DNA from: Candidatus Cloacimonadales bacterium
GTDB lineage: Bacteria > Cloacimonadota > Cloacimonadia > Cloacimonadales > JAIOQZ01
Assembly: GCA_963662655.2 (NCBI GenBank)
Contig: CAXXTU010000002.1
Location: 1,056,001-1,120,000 of the forward strand
Direction of reading: 5' to 3'
Length of the DNA stretch: 64,000 bases
Shown here: positions 47,804 to 57,418 of the stretch, piece by piece
Numbering within the stretch: the stretch's first letter is position 1
Layout: every line of letters starts with the position of its first letter
The notes under the pieces: generated by a model
The model's input: only the letters and a program-made list of their open reading frames with translations
Told to the model about the DNA's origin: nothing
Database searches by the model: none
Translations under genes and position numbers: made by a program

Positions 47804-48796
47804 ATGGAGTTTCCAATGAGAAGGAAAAAAATCGACAAGCTTTTTCAAGATAAATCACGAAAACAAGCTCAGTTTGAGAATTTGAGAATTATTGCAGATA
47901 ACCATAACAAAAATCATCTTAATGAGTTGGTATGTCTAATAAATAGCATACTTAAAAAGCATAATATAAATACGCCCATTAACAACAAGCAAGTTAAATT
48001 TTTTCCTACTTTTATAGGAAACATCTTCATTGATGATCCCACACTTTCTAGTATCATTTTTGACTCAATTTATCCGAGACCTTCTGAAACTCTCTTTTCA
48101 CACTATACTAATTGTGATGCAGGGATCAACATCATTGGGACCAAGAAAATCTGGTTGTTCAGTTTAGAAAAGAATTTTGACTCAAACGAGTTTAAACAAT
48201 TCTATGAAGATCATGGTCTTGTCGGCTATGGCAATACTCGATCTATTTTGGGTTGTAAATCTGATAATAAGGCCATAATGTCGGAGATTTTTTCATTTAG
48301 CATGACATCAGAACAAGAATCTAATGACTTCCTATGGAATAAATTTGCTGAAACAAGTAGAGGATTAAAACTAACTTTCCGAGTTTGCGATAAAGCGGAC
48401 ATTTTCCGAAAAATATATTATTCAGACAATTTTAATGACAGCAAAATTCCACTCATTAAGGACTTAGTGAGCGAGATTCAAAGGAAATACAAACTCCCCT
48501 TTGCCTTCAAATATATATCAAGTTTTGGCGCATTCTACATTAAAGGTTGCTACTCATACGAGGATGAGTATAGAGTAGTCATTAAAGGGACATCAGATCG
48601 ATATAATGCCACCATGTTCAAGGCTAAACTTAACAATCTTAGGAAGAAGTATATTGAAGTAGACTTTAATAATGACCTGATTTCTTTCAAACTCACCAAA
48701 ATAACCAAAGGGAGAAATATCACAAAAGAAGACTCATACAAGATTGATAAAATCGTCAAAGAGAAATACCCCGATATCATCATTGATACACAATAG
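47804..48796 (+). CDS. Low-GC DUF2971-like protein
   Basis: SHYT, SFSMT, LW..FA...RG..L.F and YSYEDEYRV motifs resemble DUF2971; much more AT-rich than its flanks. Confidence 0.65.
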   Translation: MEFPMRRKKIDKLFQDKSRKQAQFENLRIIADNHNKNHLNELVCLINSILKKHNINTPINNKQVKFFPTFIGNIFIDDPTLSSIIFDSIYPRPSETLFSHYTNCDAGINIIGTKKIWLFSLEKNFDSNEFKQFYEDHGLVGYGNTRSILGCKSDNKAIMSEIFSFSMTSEQESNDFLWNKFAETSRGLKLTFRVCDKADIFRKIYYSDNFNDSKIPLIKDLVSEIQRKYKLPFAFKYISSFGAFYIKGCYSYEDEYRVVIKGTSDRYNATMFKAKLNNLRKKYIEVDFNNDLISFKLTKITKGRNITKEDSYKIDKIVKEKYPDIIIDTQ

Positions 48797-48923
48797 AAAT
48801 CAAAGGGAAACTAATTCATGAGATAATTAATCTACCACACAGTTGATTTCGGGTAAAGCCCAAGTAACAAGCTTCGTCAGCAACATTAAAATTGTATTAT
48901 TTCTGGCGTTCGGGCAAAAAAAA

Positions 48924-49000
48924 TGGCGGGAGCGACGGGACTCGAACTCGCGACCTCCTGCGTGACAGGCAGGCGTTCTAACCAACTGAACTACGCCCCC
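48924..49000 (-). tRNA. tRNA-Asp (GTC), copy 2
   Basis: Reverse complement GGGGGCGTAGTTCAGTTGGTTAGAACGCCTGCCTGTCACGCAGG...CTCCCGCCA, 77 nt. Confidence 0.97.
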
Positions 49001-49019
49001 GCGTAGACATTGAATTAAA

Positions 49020-49096
49020 TGGCGGGAGCGACGGGACTCGAACTCGCGACCTCCTGCGTGACAGGCAGGCGTTCTAACCAACTGAACTACGCCCCC
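49020..49096 (-). tRNA. tRNA-Asp (GTC), copy 1
   Basis: Identical 77-nt copy, separated by a 19-nt spacer; TTGACA on the minus strand at 49142-47. Confidence 0.97.
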
Positions 49097-49243
49097 GCGC
49101 CTCATTCAATGTGGAAACATTTCTATTGGGGCGTGTTTTTCTGTCAATAGTTTTTCTTGCTTTTTTCACGCGTTTTTCTCATTCTTATTTCTTTACAGAA
49201 TTCTCCAAAATCCTTTCCATGACGGCGAGGAGCTTAGATAATT

Positions 49244-50116
49244 ATGGATAAAGCAGTTCGCGGTACCGATGTAAGCAAGCAAATACGATTCTTCGCGGTG
49301 GACGCCACGCAGACCGTCCGCGAAGCGACAGATATACACAACCTCTCCATCACGGCACGCACCCTCTTCGGACGCGTGATCGCCGCAGCCATCATGCTGG
49401 GCATCGACCTCAAAGGCGAGACGGACTCGGTGACGCTCCGGGTCATGGGCGACGGTCCCATCGGCGGCGCAATGGCAATCGCGCACAGAGACGGCAGGGT
49501 CAAAGGCTACGTGGATAGCCCCGAGATGGAAGTCTCCCCCACAACGCGCGGCGTGAACGTCCCGGGAGCCCTTGGCAGCGGCGTTCTGCGAGTCATCAAA
49601 GACCTCGGCATGGAGCGCTCTTACAGCGGGGAGGTCGAACTGATCAGCGGAGAAATCGGCGACGACCTGGCGTATTTCTTCCTCCAGAGCGAGCAGATCC
49701 ACACCGCCGTCGGCGTGGGTGTGCTTCTCGGAGCCAACGGAGAGATACGCAGAGCCGGCGGATTCATCGTGCAGCTTCTCCCCGGCGCGGAAGAAGAGAT
49801 CGTAGCCCGGCTCGAGCAGAACCTCGCCGAGTTCCCCAACTTCACGGACGTTCTCGATATGGGCGTGCTGCTGGAAGACATCGTCGGTGATTTCATTCTC
49901 AAGGATCTGGGCGCGAACATTCTCGATACCATCGACGTACACTATCAATGCGATTGCAGCCGGTCCAGGTATCAGCACTCGCTGAAGCTGCTCGGTAAGG
50001 ATGAATTGAGCGAGATGATCGCGAACAACGAGCCCATTATCGCGCAGTGCCATTTCTGCAACAAGAAATACGAGTACTCGCCGGCGGAAATCCAGGAATT
50101 GCTCGCCACGATGTAA
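49244..50116 (+). CDS. hslO: Hsp33 redox-regulated chaperone
   Basis: GDGPIG, YF.QSEQ, AGGFIVQLLP, and CDCS...CHFC zinc motif. Confidence 0.95.
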   Translation: MDKAVRGTDVSKQIRFFAVDATQTVREATDIHNLSITARTLFGRVIAAAIMLGIDLKGETDSVTLRVMGDGPIGGAMAIAHRDGRVKGYVDSPEMEVSPTTRGVNVPGALGSGVLRVIKDLGMERSYSGEVELISGEIGDDLAYFFLQSEQIHTAVGVGVLLGANGEIRRAGGFIVQLLPGAEEEIVARLEQNLAEFPNFTDVLDMGVLLEDIVGDFILKDLGANILDTIDVHYQCDCSRSRYQHSLKLLGKDELSEMIANNEPIIAQCHFCNKKYEYSPAEIQELLATM

Positions 50117-50151
50117 TGGAGTGGTTTTAAGATTCGCTGAGATAGTTGTCG

Positions 50152-50766
50152 CTAGGAAGGCTTGTCCACTTTTCTCACCCGTTCGATCAGAGCGCGCGAT
50201 CCGGCTCCGCAGCCGAGAATCGTGCGTAACGCTTCCTCCGGCTTCACATCAACCGCGTGGACATATTTCTTCTCAACATGGTAGATCATGCCGCTTGTCG
50301 GGTTGGGGCCAGTGGGAACAAACACCGTCACAAGTCCGCCCGGATGCTCGTCCGTCACGAAGCCCGTCACGTGAACCCCGTTCTCGAAGAGCTGGACAAG
50401 CACTACGCGCGAGAAGAGGAATTTGCTCTCGCCGAACAGTACCTTGATCGTTTCCGTGATCAGCTTGTAGCCGGGGAACCGGTTGAACACATGCTTCTCG
50501 ATGAACTGATGCAGCCGCGTTCCAACACGCGTCCGCACCATCGCCCCGATCATGAAGCACACAAAGAGGAATCCCGCCACGACGATAACATAAGCCAGCG
50601 CGATCTCGAGCCGTGAATCCGTTGCCAGAAGCCCAACGATAGGCCGGATGATGTGTACCAGCTTCGTGATGAGCCACACGACAAGGAAGATCGTAACGAT
50701 GAGAGGCAGGATAACCAGAATCCCACCGATGAATGAATTGATAACGAAATTACGAAGACGGCTCAA
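50152..50766 (-). CDS. DUF502 family membrane protein
   Basis: G..V.LP...T, GFVT and VFVPTGPNPTSG motifs. Confidence 0.88.
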   Translation of the reverse strand: MSRLRNFVINSFIGGILVILPLIVTIFLVVWLITKLVHIIRPIVGLLATDSRLEIALAYVIVVAGFLFVCFMIGAMVRTRVGTRLHQFIEKHVFNRFPGYKLITETIKVLFGESKFLFSRVVLVQLFENGVHVTGFVTDEHPGGLVTVFVPTGPNPTSGMIYHVEKKYVHAVDVKPEEALRTILGCGAGSRALIERVRKVDKPS

Positions 50767-51070
50767 TGCTTTGTAGTCCTTTCTCAGCTTGTTCCTTGCG
50801 GATTTGCTGCTGCTTTTTATTGGTATATCTGATGCCTAAAGGGAACAGGATCGAGTAGGGCGCCCAGAGGATGAAGCGATAGGGAGATTGGATCAGGAAC
50901 AAAGCGGCAACGAATCCGATCGCGAATATCCAGAAACAGAGCGACATGCGGATCATAAAGCTGCGCTCTTTCCTGCTCTTCGTGTTGCGAATGCTAGCCC
51001 AGGTTCCGATGATTCCACCGATTGAACCGATTGCGACGCCTGCAATGCCGCCAATCAATCCTGGATGCAT
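50750..51070 (-). CDS. Small hypothetical membrane protein (3 TM)
   Basis: Gly-rich hydrophobic N-terminus plus two further TM helices; AGGA upstream; overlaps the DUF502 start. Confidence 0.7.
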   Translation of the reverse strand: MHPGLIGGIAGVAIGSIGGIIGTWASIRNTKSRKERSFMIRMSLCFWIFAIGFVAALFLIQSPYRFILWAPYSILFPLGIRYTNKKQQQIRKEQAEKGLQSIEPSS

Positions 51071-51080
51071 GATCGCGTCC

Positions 51081-51389
51081 TTATTGAGAGTCCAGCCCGG
51101 CTTTCATCAGAACCGAAGTCATGAATTGGATTTCCTGTATCCTCCTTCTCAGAGCCCAGAAAACCAGAATCATGAAGATACCGTACGCCAGCCCGGGCAT
51201 GCCCAAAGTATACGTCTGTAGAAAATCCAGCTCGATGAAGAAATCGATTGCCGTCATGGCAACAACTGCAATCCCTACGATCAGAAGCAGCCATGCCACA
51301 ACCGTCATCGGTTTGAGCTGATTCTGCGCGCGGAGAATCGATTGAGCCATTCTGGATTCTTCCGGTGTCAATTCAAGCTTCATATACAC
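51081..51389 (-). CDS. Small hypothetical membrane protein (2 TM)
   Basis: GGAGG RBS (real start probably ATG 51383); two hydrophobic helices; operon-like spacing. Confidence 0.65.
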   Translation of the reverse strand: MYMKLELTPEESRMAQSILRAQNQLKPMTVVAWLLLIVGIAVVAMTAIDFFIELDFLQTYTLGMPGLAYGIFMILVFWALRRRIQEIQFMTSVLMKAGLDSQ

Positions 51390-51410
51390 CTCCGGGATAT
51401 CTTGTATCGC

Positions 51411-51920
51411 CTAAAAAAATTCCTTCGAACAAATTTCCTTGAAGGTCAGGTCGTAAACCGTGTAACGATCGCCAGTCTTCATGACGATCCGGTTTGGAAA
51501 CATCCAGAATTCGTCGGCGAAGAAAGAGCTGCGCGACCCGAGTCGACTGAAATTCAGGTCGTATGTTGTAAGTGTGTCGCCTTTTCTGGTGACGATGTAC
51601 TGATCACGAAACCAGTATTCGTCCACGTTGAACACATCCAGCGTCCCAAGCTGCTGAAACTGAGTATTGTAAAACGTAAGTTCATGATCCTTCAGCGCTA
51701 CAATGTAATACTTCTCATACCAGAACTGCTCCACCAGGAAGAAATCGTGCGAACCCAGAAGCTGGCAGTTCATGCTGTAAGCGGAGACAATATCGTCCTC
51801 CTGAACAGCGAAGTAATTCTCGGTGACAGTTACCTTTTCAATCTTGTTTATCGCCGAAAGCGTCGCGGAAAACACCATAAAAAGCGCGACAAGGAAAATG
51901 GCGGCTTTTTGCCCGTTCAT
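51411..51920 (-). CDS. Secreted protein made of four ~36-aa beta-rich repeats
   Basis: GGAGG RBS, ATG 51920 (MNGQKAAIFL..., signal peptide); four internal repeats (see findings). Confidence 0.75.
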   Translation of the reverse strand: MNGQKAAIFLVALFMVFSATLSAINKIEKVTVTENYFAVQEDDIVSAYSMNCQLLGSHDFFLVEQFWYEKYYIVALKDHELTFYNTQFQQLGTLDVFNVDEYWFRDQYIVTRKGDTLTTYDLNFSRLGSRSSFFADEFWMFPNRIVMKTGDRYTVYDLTFKEICSKEFF

Positions 51921-52055
51921 TCCTTCCTCCATAATTTTAGGTACATTCGGAAAATGGAAGATCAAAGCAGAGCTGTCAATGAAAAGATCGTTATCATGAA
52001 CATTTTCTGGCAACTATCTCCATTTTTTCCTAAAATTTTACACGCATGTCGCAAC

Positions 52056-52086
52056 AAAAAAGCCGCCCCGTTATCACCGAAGCGGC
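52056..52086 (-). terminator. Rho-independent terminator of the lipoprotein gene
   Basis: Minus strand GCCGCTTCG-GTGATAA-CGGGGCGGC followed by TTTTTT. Confidence 0.8.
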
Positions 52087-52109
52087 CCAAAATATGTCAA
52101 AGCGATTAA

Positions 52110-53408
52110 CTATTCGGAGATATTGACTTCATACAACTGCCCTGCTGAATCGTACGGAGCAAGCGTCGAGAAAAACTCTGCTTCCACGGTGATCTGCTCG
52201 AGCGTGTAGCCGCCGGCAGGCGCGGTAACTGTAAGGGTCTTGTTGCCGTTCGACCAGCTCATGATCGGCGTGAGATAGTTGGTGATCTCGAGAACATTGC
52301 CATTGTATCCGATCAGGACGGGCTCGGTGAAGTTGATGACGATGCTCTGATACGGCGTGATCTCGTAGTGACCATCGTAAAGTTCCATGTTCGTGTTCTC
52401 GATCATGATCCCGGGCTGCGTCTCAAACTCTTCCTCCAGAATGAAGGGATTCCCGTTGATTGTCTCGCCCATCAGTCGAAGAGTATACTCGCTATCGAGA
52501 ACGAGCGCTTCGTCCGGATCGATGGTTACGTGTGTGGAAGAATCCCAGGTAATCGTGCTGATATCCACCCATGCGTTGAACTGGTTGAGCAGCTCGATTT
52601 CGAACTCGTCCGCATCGATGGACTGATTGAACGTCACTTCTATCGTTCCGTTGATGGGGAAGTCCTCGAGATTGTGAGCGATCACCAGAATGTCCTCGCC
52701 GATGGGATTCAACACGATCGGTTCAAGGTTCAGAACACCCTGTATCGCAGCGTGAACATCCATATCGACTGCCTCGAACGTATGGACTCCGTCCGTCCAG
52801 GAATCCACAAGCAGCGTGAACGTTGCGACCGATGGAAGATTCTCCAGAATGAAAGCGCCTTCGCTGTCCGTGTAAGCGATATACTGGTCCGGCGTTAGCT
52901 GCCATGCTCCATAGTTTGCCGTTACGCGGATTCCTGAGAGGTCTTCGATTTCTTCGTTATCCACAACCGCGTGAATCGTGCCAGTCACTGTAGAATCCAG
53001 CGAATATAGTACTTTGTCCTGCGACACGGAGTAGTAGAAATCGTCGGTGGTTGGGATATCGGAGATTCCGATGTCTTCGAGATCTGGGATCACGACATTC
53101 ACACGGGCGATTGCGTACGCACCGTCGCCGGAAAATGTCAGTTCATACACCCCCGAGGGTAGATCGCCGATGGCGTAGTAGCCGAGATTGTTTGTCTTGG
53201 TGGTTCTCACGCTCCCCTTTACTGCGTATGTGATCTCGATGTTTCCCAATCTGATATTGTTGTTGGCATCCGATACGATACCGTGCACGCTACCGATCAC
53301 ACGACCGTTGTTGTCGTTGTCCTCGTTGAAATTCGTCGTTGTTTCCGTGCATGCAAAAAGCAGGCTCAGAGCCGCTATTAGTATCGCCAAACGAAAAATA
53401 CTCTTCAT
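52110..53408 (-). CDS. Lipoprotein with carboxypeptidase-regulatory-like and Ig-like (Big_5-type) domains
   Basis: Lipobox LLFA-C; G.V.G.V.D...T...G.Y...DLP.G.Y; I.VTFNQSID...P...L...EY. Confidence 0.78.
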   Translation of the reverse strand: MKSIFRLAILIAALSLLFACTETTTNFNEDNDNNGRVIGSVHGIVSDANNNIRLGNIEITYAVKGSVRTTKTNNLGYYAIGDLPSGVYELTFSGDGAYAIARVNVVIPDLEDIGISDIPTTDDFYYSVSQDKVLYSLDSTVTGTIHAVVDNEEIEDLSGIRVTANYGAWQLTPDQYIAYTDSEGAFILENLPSVATFTLLVDSWTDGVHTFEAVDMDVHAAIQGVLNLEPIVLNPIGEDILVIAHNLEDFPINGTIEVTFNQSIDADEFEIELLNQFNAWVDISTITWDSSTHVTIDPDEALVLDSEYTLRLMGETINGNPFILEEEFETQPGIMIENTNMELYDGHYEITPYQSIVINFTEPVLIGYNGNVLEITNYLTPIMSWSNGNKTLTVTAPAGGYTLEQITVEAEFFSTLAPYDSAGQLYEVNISE

Positions 53409-53499
53409 GATTCCTCCAGGATATGTTTTGCGAATACTTCAATAAATATTTTAAAATCTGTCAAGGGCAATTCACCCGTCCTGCCGGAAGACACTGTAG

Positions 53500-53631
53500 A
53501 GGCAAGAGCAGATTCGTTCGATCTCCCCCCTCAACGTGGTGTTCCACATCATTTCTTTACGCTCGATAGTCCAGATGATGTGGTATATCCACGTTGAGAG
53601 GGGAGATCGGGCGAAGATGCCGCGCCGGTCG
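53500..53631 (+). repeat. Long-hairpin repeat family, copy 2
   Basis: AGGCAAGAGCAGATTCGTTCGATCTCCCCCCTCAACGTGG...CCACGTTGAGAGGGGAGATCGGGCGAAGATGCCGCGCCGGTCG; between divergent genes. Confidence 0.88.
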
Positions 53632-53714
53632 CGATTCTTTGCTTGACACCCGGATGAAGGATGAAAACAGTATCCATTCACAGAGCATTCTCTCGTAACA
53701 AAAGGAGTTAGATC

Positions 53715-54707
53715 ATGTTGAAAGTGGGAGTCATAGGCGTTGGACACCTCGGAAGGCACCACGCCAGAGTATTGAATCAGATCGAAGGTTGCCAAATGAT
53801 GGGCATCTACGACCAGAATCTTGAACGCGCGCATGAGATCGGGGCACAGCACAATATCCCTGTCTTCGATACACTGGAAGCGCTTCTGGATGCGGTGGAC
53901 GCTGTAGACATCGCGGTAACCACGACATATCATTACGACATTGCCAAAGCGGCACTGGATGCAGGCAAGCATATATTTGTGGAAAAACCGATTACATCGG
54001 AACTCGTACAGGCGGAGGAATTGGTAGCGCTCGCGGAGAAGAGAAAGCTAAAACTTCAAGTGGGCCATATCGAACGCTTCAATCCGGTTGTTCTGGATGC
54101 CTTTGATCAAATCAAGGATCCGATGTTCATCGAATCACATCGCCTGGCTCCTTTCAATCCGCGCGGAAGCGATGTTCCGGTCGTACTCGATCTGATGATC
54201 CACGATATTGATTTGATTCTTTCCTTTGTTAAGAGTAAAATCGTCGATATCAGAGCGAGCGGGGTTAGTATTCTCACCAAGTCGATCGACATTGCCAACG
54301 CCCGGCTGGAATTCGAGAATGGAGCGATCGCGAATGTGACTTCAAGCCGTGTTTCGCAGAAGCAGGAGCGCAAGATCAGGCTTTTCCAGAAGAATGCATA
54401 TATATCGATGGATTTCAAAGAGAAAAACGTGAAAATTCTCAAGAAATCCCCGAAACTGATCAAGGTTCTTCCCAAAATAATGGCGGGAAAAACAGATTTC
54501 AACCCTGAGGATCTAGTCAATATACAGGACATCGATTCCAATGATCATCCAAAAGATGCGCTGACATACGAGCTTGAATCGTTCGTGAACGCGGTCAACA
54601 AGAACAAAACGCCCATCGTGGACGGGAAAGCCGGCACAAGAGCGTTGCGGATCGCGTTCGAGATCATGAACCGCATCAAGGAGAATCCTCAGAATCTCAA
54701 GATTTAG
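53715..54707 (+). CDS. Gfo/Idh/MocA oxidoreductase, GnnA-like (UDP-GlcNAc 3-dehydrogenase type)
   Basis: GVGHLG..HAR, VEKPI, VGHIERFNP, R..DV.VVLDLMIHDID. Confidence 0.8.
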   Translation: MLKVGVIGVGHLGRHHARVLNQIEGCQMMGIYDQNLERAHEIGAQHNIPVFDTLEALLDAVDAVDIAVTTTYHYDIAKAALDAGKHIFVEKPITSELVQAEELVALAEKRKLKLQVGHIERFNPVVLDAFDQIKDPMFIESHRLAPFNPRGSDVPVVLDLMIHDIDLILSFVKSKIVDIRASGVSILTKSIDIANARLEFENGAIANVTSSRVSQKQERKIRLFQKNAYISMDFKEKNVKILKKSPKLIKVLPKIMAGKTDFNPEDLVNIQDIDSNDHPKDALTYELESFVNAVNKNKTPIVDGKAGTRALRIAFEIMNRIKENPQNLKI

Positions 54708-54716
54708 GAGAAAATA

Positions 54717-56012
54717 ATGAAAGACGTATTCATTAAATACATTGACCAGAACATCGGTGAGGAAGTGCGAATTCGTGGCTGGGTAAGAAACTACCGGTCC
54801 AGCGGAAAACTTATTTTCATCATCCTACGCGACGGAACCGGAGAAATCCAGGCTGTGGCCTTCAAGCCGTCACTGGGCGAAGAGGCGTTCGAACAGGCGA
54901 AGAAACTCACGATGGAATCTTCACTCATTGTTACCGGCGTGCCGAAAGAGCACCCCAAGCAAAAAGGCGTTTTCGAGCTGGACGTGACCGGCATCGAAAT
55001 CATCCAGATCGCGGACGAATACCCGATCGGTAAAAAGGAGCATGGCCCCGATTTTCTGCTTTCGAATCGTCACTTGTGGCTGAGAAGCAGCAAACAATGG
55101 GCGCTTCTCCGGCTTCGTCACGGCGTTTACCACGCCATCTGCGATTACCTGCATCAAAACGAGTTCATCCGTTTCGATTCACCCATTCTTACGCCAAATG
55201 CATGCGAAGGCACAACAACCTTGTTTGAGGTTCCTTACTTCGATCTTGGCAACGCCTACCTTTCTCAGTCCGGCCAGCTCTATCTTGAGCCGGCCATACT
55301 CAGCTTCGGTCGAGTATACGATTTCGGCCCGGTTTTCAGAGCGGAGAAATCGAAAACGCGCAAGCATCTTACCGAATTCTGGATGATGGACGCGGAAGCC
55401 GCTTTCGTGGAGCACAAGGAAAATATGGATATCCAGGAAGGCTTGATCCGTCACGTCGTTCGCACAATGATAGAAAACTACCGTAACGAGCTGGAAATTC
55501 TCGAGCGCGATATCGAGCAGCTTTCGAACGCAGATGCTCCTTTCAAACGCATAACACATCGCGAGGCCATCGACCTCCTGAAATTGAAAGGCGCGGATGT
55601 AGAATACAACAGCGATTTCGGAGCACAGGAAGAATCTATGATTACAGAAGAATCCGACGTGCCGGTCTTTATCGAGAAATGGCCGAAGGAAATCAAGGCA
55701 TTCTACATGAAGCGCGATCCCGAGAACGAAGACCTCGTTCTGGGTGCCGACCTCATCGCCCCACAAGGATTCGGTGAGATCATCGGCGGTTCTCAGCGCG
55801 AGGACGACTACGATGTTCTGCTTGGAAGAATTCGTCACGAGAAGCTCAACGAAGAAGATTTCCAGTGGTATCTCGATACACGCAAATACGGTTCGGTGCC
55901 ACACAGCGGTTTCGGGATTGGGCTCGAGCGCCTCACCGCCTGGGTCGGTGGCGTTCACCACATCCGAGAGGCGATACCATTTCCCAGAATGATCTACCGC
56001 ATCCAGCCGTAG
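54717..56012 (+). CDS. asnS: Asparagine--tRNA ligase
   Basis: OB-fold LRDGTG, EGTTTLF, LSQSGQLY, FRAEKSKTRKHLTEFWM, GEIIGGSQRE, HSGFGIGLER. Confidence 0.96.
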   Translation: MKDVFIKYIDQNIGEEVRIRGWVRNYRSSGKLIFIILRDGTGEIQAVAFKPSLGEEAFEQAKKLTMESSLIVTGVPKEHPKQKGVFELDVTGIEIIQIADEYPIGKKEHGPDFLLSNRHLWLRSSKQWALLRLRHGVYHAICDYLHQNEFIRFDSPILTPNACEGTTTLFEVPYFDLGNAYLSQSGQLYLEPAILSFGRVYDFGPVFRAEKSKTRKHLTEFWMMDAEAAFVEHKENMDIQEGLIRHVVRTMIENYRNELEILERDIEQLSNADAPFKRITHREAIDLLKLKGADVEYNSDFGAQEESMITEESDVPVFIEKWPKEIKAFYMKRDPENEDLVLGADLIAPQGFGEIIGGSQREDDYDVLLGRIRHEKLNEEDFQWYLDTRKYGSVPHSGFGIGLERLTAWVGGVHHIREAIPFPRMIYRIQP

Positions 56013-56029
56013 GGACCTTTGAAATTGCC

Positions 56030-56065
56030 GCCCCATCCATAGTGGGTGGGGCTTTCACTTTTTTT
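56030..56065 (+). terminator. Rho-independent terminator after asnS
   Basis: GCCCCATCCA-TAG-TGGGTGGGGC followed by TTTCACTTTTTTT. Confidence 0.85.
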
Positions 56066-56096
56066 GCGAAACAGGCTCAGGGAGAATCAGCCATGG

Positions 56097-56206
56097 CCAA
56101 CCGTCGAGGCACTTTCGCCCAATCCCGCTTCCAGCGTGTAACGATACGTTTTCAACGTATAAGAACACGCTTCCAGCCAGGCGATTGAACGAAATTGTTC
56201 TCGACT
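56097..56206 (-). repeat. Long-hairpin repeat family, diverged inverted copy
   Basis: Reverse complement AGTCGAGAACAATTTCGTTCAATC...GATTGGGCGAAAGTGCCTCGACGGTTGG; shares the internal 15-mer CGTATCGTTACACGC with copy 1. Confidence 0.75.
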
Positions 56207-56246
56207 CGCAGTAGCTCCCGTTTTAATAGACGGGCCAGGGAGAAAG

Positions 56247-57392
56247 ATGCATCATTATCAGCAGTTCGGTACATATTTCGGCCAGACAGCCGGCGGGATG
56301 GAGAATCTGGCAGCGCAGGAGCTGGAGCGTCTAGGCGCAACGCGCGTCACGCCGCAGCAACGCGGCGTCCTTTTCGAGGCGGACAAGCGTACCTTGTACC
56401 GCGTCGTGTACAACGCGCGACTGTTCAGCCGGGTGCTGGCGACGATCACCACATTCTCCTGCCACGATACCGACTACCTCTACAGCAAGGCCGGTCAAAT
56501 CGACTGGAGTGAATTCATAGCTCGCGATCAGACCTTCGCGATTTTGCACCACGCCGCCAACAGCAAAATTCAGCACTCGCAGTTTGCAGCGCTTCGTCTC
56601 AAAGACGCGATCTTCGATCAACTGCGCGAGACCTACGGGCAGCGTCCGGCCATCGACCGCAAGCAGCCGGACATCTGGCTCAATCTGGTGATACACAACA
56701 ACCGCGCGAGCATCAATTTCGACTGCGCAGGCCACGCCTTGAACAAGCGCAGCTACCGCAAGCAAGGCGTGGAAGCCCCCATGCAGGAAACGCTGGCCGC
56801 CGCGATCGTTATGCACAGCAAGTGGGACGGTGAAACGCCCCTGCTCGATCCCTTCTGTGGAAGCGGAACCATCCTCGCCGAGGCGTTGATGAGCTACTGC
56901 CGTATCCCAGCGTCGTACCTGCACGATTCCTTCGGCTTCATGAACCTGCCCGACTTCGATCCCACCGTTTGGAAGGAGGTTCTGGAAGAGGTCGACATAC
57001 GTCCGTTACCGGAAGAACTGATCCGAGGCAGCGACGTCGATCCCCGCTCCATCGAGGCGTCCCGACTCAACCTCTCGCAGCTGCCGCATGGTGATAAAAT
57101 CGCGCTCAAGCAAATCGATTTCCACGACCTCCCCGAGCAGCCCGGCATCACCGTAATCACGAATCCGCCCTACGGCGTCCGACTCAAGAAAAACAACATC
57201 GAGCAGCTCTACAAGGATTTCGGAGCATTCCTGCGCAACAACTGCCCGGGAAGCGACAACTACGTATATAGCACGGAATTGGAATTACTGAAATGTATGA
57301 ATCTGCGTCCACGCTGGAAGAAATCGCTCAACAACGGCGGACTGGACGGAACGCTCTACAAGATGCTAGTGTTTGGAAAGCGCAGTATATAA
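56247..57392 (+). CDS. THUMP-domain class I SAM RNA methyltransferase (RlmL-like, stand-alone)
   Basis: KDAI.D, L.KR.YR, AP..ETLAAA, DPFCGSGT..EA, TNPPYG. Confidence 0.9.
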   Translation: MHHYQQFGTYFGQTAGGMENLAAQELERLGATRVTPQQRGVLFEADKRTLYRVVYNARLFSRVLATITTFSCHDTDYLYSKAGQIDWSEFIARDQTFAILHHAANSKIQHSQFAALRLKDAIFDQLRETYGQRPAIDRKQPDIWLNLVIHNNRASINFDCAGHALNKRSYRKQGVEAPMQETLAAAIVMHSKWDGETPLLDPFCGSGTILAEALMSYCRIPASYLHDSFGFMNLPDFDPTVWKEVLEEVDIRPLPEELIRGSDVDPRSIEASRLNLSQLPHGDKIALKQIDFHDLPEQPGITVITNPPYGVRLKKNNIEQLYKDFGAFLRNNCPGSDNYVYSTELELLKCMNLRPRWKKSLNNGGLDGTLYKMLVFGKRSI

Positions 57393-57418
57393 AGGCTTTC
57401 TTTAGGCATTTACCATAT

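Noticed and set aside
48827..49105. 92-aa ORF with a tandem repeat
   Set aside because: It is the translation of the two tRNA-Asp genes.
53472..53972. 166-aa minus-strand ORF over the hairpin element
   Set aside because: Overlaps the oxidoreductase antisense and a non-coding repeat; no protein features.
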